This document shows, piece after piece, positions 58,305 to 64,000 of a stretch of 64,000 nucleotides of DNA. A program made the translations under genes and the position numbers. Position 1 is the first letter of the stretch. Every line of letters begins with the position of its first letter. The stretch is from the NCBI GenBank assembly GCA_963832675.1, contig CAWHUY010000034.1, positions 77,716 through 141,715 on the forward strand. The letters run 5' to 3'. The notes beneath the pieces were generated by a model that did not search any database, was not told where the DNA came from, and saw only the letters and a program-made list of their open reading frames with translations. This DNA is from an uncultured Spirochaetota bacterium. Lineage in GTDB: Bacteria; Spirochaetota; Spirochaetia; DSM-27196; DATKUC01.

Positions 58305-58985
58305 ATGCGAAAGTCACGGATCGTATCGGTTCTCCTGCCAATTCTGGCGCTCTCAGTGGCAATTCTACCACTCTTTGCGAACGGCTCGGGTGAAAAGTCG
58401 GTGATTGTCGGACATCCGCATGGAGTGGTTCAGTATTTCGTCGGTGACGCTTCGATAAATGGCAAGCCGGTCGAGTTCGGTCAGGTTGTCCAGCCGGGCG
58501 ACCGTGTGCAGATCGGGAACGCATCAAGCATGGATGTTGTCTTCAACGGTCAGAATATTATCCATTTCGCAGAGAACACGGTTGCGGTGCTGAATATTTC
58601 CGAGAATGCCAAAACCATCGACATGAAGACCGGTACCTTTGCCGGCGTGTTTGCTAAACTCTCCGCACTTGGCGGAACCCAGAACCTGCTGGTCCGAACG
58701 CCGACGGCAACCGGAGGAATCCGAGGCACGACCTTTTTTGTGAAGGTCCTCGACCAGAATGACAGCTACATCTGCGCATGTCATGGCGTGGTAGACATGA
58801 CCAACGCCACCGACACCAAGACGATGGACGTCCGTGCCCCGCACCACCAGGCATTCGTGTTCAAAAAGACCGATTCAGGAATTACCGTGACCCCCGGTGG
58901 AATGGAGTATCACACCGATGCCGATCTGAACAATTTGGCCGACAAGATCGGGTACAAGATCGACTGGGGCCATTTGGACAACTGA
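58305..58985 (+). CDS. Secreted FecR-domain protein
   Basis: Signal peptide ..LFANGSGEK, G.V...GD.V, FAENT, VRTPTATGGIRGT.F. Confidence 0.75.
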   Translation: MRKSRIVSVLLPILALSVAILPLFANGSGEKSVIVGHPHGVVQYFVGDASINGKPVEFGQVVQPGDRVQIGNASSMDVVFNGQNIIHFAENTVAVLNISENAKTIDMKTGTFAGVFAKLSALGGTQNLLVRTPTATGGIRGTTFFVKVLDQNDSYICACHGVVDMTNATDTKTMDVRAPHHQAFVFKKTDSGITVTPGGMEYHTDADLNNLADKIGYKIDWGHLDN

Positions 58986-59033
58986 CGTCAACCCGACGCC
59001 CGGGCAGTAGCCGGGAACCGATCACTCGCCGCT

Positions 59034-60039
59034 CTAACCCGCCGCGGACGAGATCCCGTTCGTGCGCCCCCGGTCGAATCCAAAGTAGCGGTCGCGCATG
59101 TACTGAATCCATTCCCGCGTGGACACTGCAGGGTAGCTTTCGACAAAACGCAGGAAGCTCTGATAGGTGACAAATCGGAACCGTTCCGGGTCGAAGAAAC
59201 GTTGGTCACTGCCGACCTGGGCCGGATCTGCCGAACGGCTTCCTGCAGTCGGGCGCGCGTCGTGGAATACCAGGATTCGTGGCAGAACTCCGGCGCTCTC
59301 TCTGCGTGCGGCCGCCGAGGCCGCCTCGATCAGCGCAAAGCGACCGCGCGCACGGACAGACCGAGGACTTGTCCGATCTTTTCCTGCGATGCCTCACCGC
59401 CCGTCCGTTGATGAACCGCGTCGCGTCCTTCCACCCGCTCCATCCCGCTTCAACCAGCCGGCACTGCCGGAAGTTGCCGGCCTCGATTTTCCCGAAGTCT
59501 CGACAGCGATCGGGGTCTGAGTTGATCCGCTCCCGGTCTTGATACTTCGCGAAACCGGCACACGTGCGCAGTCGACCGTGGGTCGCGGCACCCAACACGA
59601 GGATCTCCTCATCGCCGCCCGAGGGCGGCCGCGCGGTGATCGTCAGGTGCGGAACGGCGGGGGTAACCGGCCAGGTTGGACCGGTCGCGATTGCGGAGCC
59701 GGAGCTGATTTCGACAATGGTCGCCGTTCTCCCATAAAGTTTCGCGAGATACTCCTCCAGCACCGGCCGCAGCCGGGCATCGGCAAATGGCAGGATGAGG
59801 TTCAGCGAAAGAACCTGAGGATTCATCATGCTGGCGATCGCGGGAAGCGTACGGACCGATTCATCTGCACGGATGCGCTCGTGCAGTCCGGGAAAGAAAT
59901 TGAGTTCCCAGCGATGCTCCGGCAAGAGGTGGCGAAACCGCTCGAGACCGATTCCGCCGCCCTCTTCGATTGCCGGGTAGTTTTCCTCGCGCCAGATGAT
60001 CTGCCGGCGCAAGAGCGGAGAAGCGCCGTAGCGCCGCAC
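59034..60039 (-). CDS. Hypothetical protein with +1 frameshift near 59340; loosely resembles PGN_0703-like nuclease-fold proteins
   Basis: ORF 59206-60039 continues in another frame as FALIEAA..RFVTYQSF..WIQYMRDRYF to TAG 59034; family resemblance is from memory only. Confidence 0.45.
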
Positions 60040-60053
60040 CGGTCGGGCAATGG

Positions 60054-61043
60054 CTATAACACCTTCTCCCAGGCGCCGCTGTTTTCGGAGCGGAAAATGG
60101 CATCGAGCACCTTCATGTTGGCGAGGGCGTCCGAGGGCGGGGTCGGCGCGGGTTCTCCGTTGCGCACCGCCCGGGAGAACTCATCGAACTGAAGGCCGTA
60201 CATGTCGATCGGGCCGGTAAAGATATCCCGCGCGCCGACCCCGTTGGTGACCGTCAAGCGGACCGGTACGTCAGGGAAAATGTTGAACGGAAGATGAACG
60301 GTAATCAGGCCGCCGGTTCCTCGCACATCCACCCGCTGATCGCCGAACATTTGCGTGCTGACGGTGAAGATTGCGTGGTCGCCGCCAAAGTCCATGATTG
60401 CGGAGGCGAGAACATCGGTCTTGAATCGAGCGTCCCGCTGAACGAGCGAGACAACCCGATCCGGTTCGCGCCCCATTGTGAAGCGCGCACTCGAAACCGC
60501 GTAACAGCCTATGTCGAGAAGTCCGCCGCCACCGGTTTCAACCTGATTCCGGATGTCGGCCGGGTTGGCGTTGTCGTAGGAAAAGAAACCCTGCACGGAG
60601 TGCACCGCGCCAATTTCATTCGACCGGATGAGGTCATCGACTCGGCGCCATTGCGGGTGGAACCGGTACATGAACGCTTCCATCACCAGAACACCCTTCT
60701 TTTGTGCGTATTCGATGGCCTGTTCGGTCTCGGCGGCATTTAGGCAGAGAGGTTTCTCGCAGAGGATGTGTTTGCCGGCATCCGCGGCCTTCTTGATCCA
60801 CTCGAGGTGGATATGGTTCGGCAAAGGCATGTAGACCGCTTCGATGCTCTTGTCTGCGAGCAGCTCCTCGTATGATCCATAGCCTCTTTCAATTCCAAAT
60901 CGCTGGGCGGCCTCTTGGGAACGCGCGCCGCTTCGCGAGGCAATCGCGACGATCCGCGCGTGGGAAGAGTCGCGGGCGGGAAGCCAGACGCGTCTTGTGA
61001 AATGGCCCGAAACACCAAGGACTCCCCAGTTCACCGGTTTCAT
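60054..61043 (-). CDS. Gfo/Idh/MocA family oxidoreductase
   Basis: WGVLG, PLPNHIH, GKHILCEKP, EAFMYRFHP, GGGGLLDIGCY; ATG 61043 after AGGAGG. Confidence 0.92.
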   Translation of the reverse strand: MKPVNWGVLGVSGHFTRRVWLPARDSSHARIVAIASRSGARSQEAAQRFGIERGYGSYEELLADKSIEAVYMPLPNHIHLEWIKKAADAGKHILCEKPLCLNAAETEQAIEYAQKKGVLVMEAFMYRFHPQWRRVDDLIRSNEIGAVHSVQGFFSYDNANPADIRNQVETGGGGLLDIGCYAVSSARFTMGREPDRVVSLVQRDARFKTDVLASAIMDFGGDHAIFTVSTQMFGDQRVDVRGTGGLITVHLPFNIFPDVPVRLTVTNGVGARDIFTGPIDMYGLQFDEFSRAVRNGEPAPTPPSDALANMKVLDAIFRSENSGAWEKVL

Positions 61044-61104
61044 CATCATTCCTCCTGTCAATTCGTGTTCAGTGACCTCATTATCACACGCGCTCTGCGA
61101 GGTT

Positions 61105-63217
61105 TCAATGCCGTGGGATTTTTGCGGCCCTTTCGATCCGAATGACTGCGACATCATAGCCCGAGAGCATCAGATCCATAGCGCCGCCTGCCCGGCGGAC
61201 TGCCTGATCCTCCGGCGGGCCGATGATCAACTCTCCGCCGGGGAGACCACGTTGGAGAAGCTCGACCGGCGTATGGTTAAGAACGAAAAAGAGGCGGTTG
61301 TCGGGGTTTTCCCGCACCGAGATCTCTATTCCGGGCGTCAACGATGAGACAAGCGGTACGAGGTTCGCTTCGCCGGCGAGCGGAAAGAGCAACGGCTTGA
61401 AGTTTCTTGCGTCAGGATAGGTCCCGACATAGAGAACTTTCCCCAGCCCGAAACGATGGAGCGTAAGTGCCGGGCGCTCGGCAAACCGGCGGCTCGAGTC
61501 CACCGGCCAAGCACATCGGTGGAATCGTTTTCCGGCGTCAGGCACTCGAGCCAGAGGCACTGGCGCAGGGGTGGAATCGTGGACGCGAGTTTTGGTGCAT
61601 TGCCGTCACCGAGTCCGAGCGAGATCTCATTGGGAAACAGGTCGGGGTAGTTTACTCGAGTTGCCGACGAGACGCGGATCCCGGCGAGGCGACGAAGCGG
61701 ACCCGGCGGAGCTTCGGCCAGCATGTTGCCGTGGATATCCTTTATCCCGGTACGTGCGGTCATCAGAAGCGTTCCGCCGAGCTGGACATAGGTCGAAAGC
61801 CGTTCAAGCAGATCAGAGTCGATGATGGGCCACGCGGGCAGCACGAGCAGCTTGAACGAGGAGAAGCTGTCGAACGAATTCACGAATCCGACCGCGTATC
61901 CGGCATTATAGAAGGTGCGGTGAATAGTCTTGCCGCACTCGACCGGGGAGGGCAGGCCGAGTGTCACCGGGCGGTGACTGAGCTCGGGAAGACCAAAGTC
62001 GACAAGAATACCGATCTCTGGTGAAATGGTAGACCCGCGCAGGAGTGGACCGATCCGCGCGAACTCCTGCCCCTCGCGGCACACTTCTTCGAATCGCGCG
62101 AGGTTTTCGTCGCCGAGGATCCCTCCCCAGGACTGCTCCGACCCTGACCGCGCGGTTCGAAACCGGAAATGAAGAATCCCGTCGGCGCCGCGCCCGACCG
62201 CCTGGTAGGCGAAAAGGCGTGTCTGGCCCGGATGCGGCGTATCCTGCTGAAAGTCTGCCTGCCCTGCGGGACCCGACTGAAGCTCCGGAACTATGAAATT
62301 GCCACCAAAACTCCGCACCGTGTCGAGAGCGGCAGCGCCGACGGCTGCGCGGTCGGACGGGGCCGCGAAGAGCGGATAGTAGTCGAACCCGGCGAAATCC
62401 AGTTCTGCAGTCAGGGCGAGATAGTCCATACCGATGAGAACGAAGTTGTGCGTAATCCACCAGGCCGAGTTCGCCGCTCGCAGGAGCTCGACCTGCCCGT
62501 GCTGGAACTCGACGAGCGAGGCGTTGAGAAAAAGCCGGTAGTCGATCGAGGCGGCTGGATTCTCGTGCGTCGGTCGCGCGGGCAGCGGAGGGTCTATCTG
62601 CGCGAAGGAGGAATATGTTTGCGACCAGAATGCGGTGCCCCAGGCATCGTTCAGCACCTCAGGAGATCCGTATTTTTTTTCGAGAAAGCGTCGAAACCCG
62701 GCGCGGCAGCTATCGCAGTAACAATCCTGAAAGTGACAGAAGTACTCGTTGTCGATCTGCCAACCCATGACATTCTCGTTTTCCCGGTAGTGCGCCGCAA
62801 GCGCATGAACCACCAGTGCGGCCCGCTCGCGAAAACGCGGCGAGCCGTAGCATGCGTGCTGACGGGACCCGTGCGCCATGCGCCTGCCGTCTGCGTCTAC
62901 GCGAAGCACATCGGGGTATTGCCTCGCGAGCCAGACCGGGGGTGCGGCAGTCGGCGTGCCGAGTATGGTGCGGATTCCCGCAGCGCCGAGAGTCTCGATC
63001 TGCTCATCAAAGAATCCAAAGTCGAAGCTGCCAGGAGCAGGCTCGATCAGGCTCCATGCAAATTCTCCCATGCGCACACAGTTGAACCCGGCTTCACGCA
63101 TTCGATCGATGTCGCCGGTCCGTGTTGCGGCGTCCCACTGTTCGGGATAGTAGTCCGCGCCAAACAGAAAGCTGCCGAGGCCCGTGGCGCGTTGATGATG
63201 ATTTTTACTGCCAACAC
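61105..63217 (-). CDS. GH42 beta-galactosidase; frameshift near 61488 and uncertain 5' end
   Basis: FGADYYPEQW, MGEFAWS..EP..G.FDF, GTPTAAPP.W, WQIDNE, ELQSG, F.FR....GSEQ; C-terminal G.G.V.YVG and F.LNH in a second frame. Confidence 0.88.
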
Positions 63218-63907
63218 GTCGTTCCTCTCAATCGCTGGCCGGCGGGCTGCTTCCCTGCTTGTCCCCGATCGATTCGGAGTCGCGCGAATGCCTCCCGCAT
63301 GCGCGGGAAACGACGCGCCGGTCGGTCCCGTTTTTGTCACGCGACGCCCTTTCTCATGAATGCGCGCCGCCCGCTTCTTGATGTATTCCGGGTGTGTGGA
63401 CAGGTTTCGTGAGAGGTAAAGGTGGGCGATCTCGTGCCCGAATCCCTGTTTCTTGAAGAATCTGATGGCACCTTGGTTTTCAACCTCCGTGTCGACGAGA
63501 AGCATGCGGGCACCTGCCTCGATGAACAGCTCGGTCATTCGGTTGACGAGTCGCGTTCCGAGCCCGGCCCGCTTGAGATCGGAGCTTACGCCGATCCACA
63601 CCAGATAGCCGTACGCCCACGCGCTTCGTCGCTTCTCGAGCAGAGTCCCCAGGGAAAAACCGACGATGAGGTCGTGAATCTCGGCGACCAGGCAGAACTC
63701 CCCATCTGAGAGAAAGAAATCCACCAGCTCGTACTCATCCCAGGTCCGGTACAGATTCGGCCACTTTTCGGCGGTGAAAAGCCGTTCCCCCAACGAAAAG
63801 ACCAGCGAAAGGTCCTCGATTTCCATTTCGCGTATGACTATTCCGGCAGCCACACGCTCCCTGGGTCGTTTTCCCGACGGACCCATCGGTTCGGATAACT
63901 CTCCCAT
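63047..63907 (-). CDS. GNAT-family N-acetyltransferase (true 3' end probably earlier)
   Basis: IREM..EDL, LVWIGV....R.GLGT.L, N..A..FF.K.GF; ATG 63907 with GGGAG RBS; long low-complexity tail overlaps the GH42 gene. Confidence 0.85.
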   Translation of the reverse strand: MGELSEPMGPSGKRPRERVAAGIVIREMEIEDLSLVFSLGERLFTAEKWPNLYRTWDEYELVDFFLSDGEFCLVAEIHDLIVGFSLGTLLEKRRSAWAYGYLVWIGVSSDLKRAGLGTRLVNRMTELFIEAGARMLLVDTEVENQGAIRFFKKQGFGHEIAHLYLSRNLSTHPEYIKKRAARIHEKGRRVTKTGPTGASFPAHAGGIRATPNRSGTSREAARRPAIERNDVLAVKIIINAPRASAAFCLARTTIPNSGTPQHGPATSIECVKPGSTVCAWENLHGA

Positions 63908-64000
63908 CACGCTCCCTTGACAACGGGTCGTATAGATTCCCACTATATAGCTAATGAATACCAACGCACCCTTCGCGGTGAAGGACGAGGTAACGGACCT

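Overview
GC-rich bacterial chromosomal window with no rRNA, tRNA, CRISPR array or mobile element that I could recognise. Solute-binding-protein signal peptides ending in 'FAGGSKE', 'MAGGQNE' and 'FANGSGEK' suggest a free-living spirochaete (inference). 1-13.7 kb (minus strand) holds a sugar-phosphate-utilisation (SPU-type) bacterial microcompartment locus: 2 BMC-H, 1 BMC-T, 4 BMC-P, an acylating aldehyde dehydrogenase and DeoC (both with N-terminal encapsulation peptides), RpiB and an aldose epimerase. It is followed by a 7-gene operon of unknown sugar catabolism (2 SDRs, AllA-like cupin, UroD/MtaA-family protein, 2 FGGY kinases, 2-hydroxyacid dehydrogenase). Three near-consensus sigma70 promoters (5-33, 7376-7404, 13647-13675) carry the same TGACAAWYGTCA box over the -35, tying these units into one putative regulon; this is the best candidate for an undescribed system. 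The rest contains zwf/clpS/sdaA/pcm/rnr housekeeping genes, a complete coproporphyrin-dependent heme operon, an HMG-CoA synthase behind an XRE-HTH/CarH-type B12-binding regulator, pstSCA with Pho-box-like repeats, a trimeric [FeFe]-hydrogenase whose beta subunit is fused to a GltD/NfnB-like module, a catalytically dead HtrA-like protein, and a ROK-regulated GH20/sugar-ABC cluster plus a GH42 beta-galactosidase. Many scattered single-base frameshifts suggest sequencing or assembly errors. All product calls come from motif recognition by eye; no database search was run.
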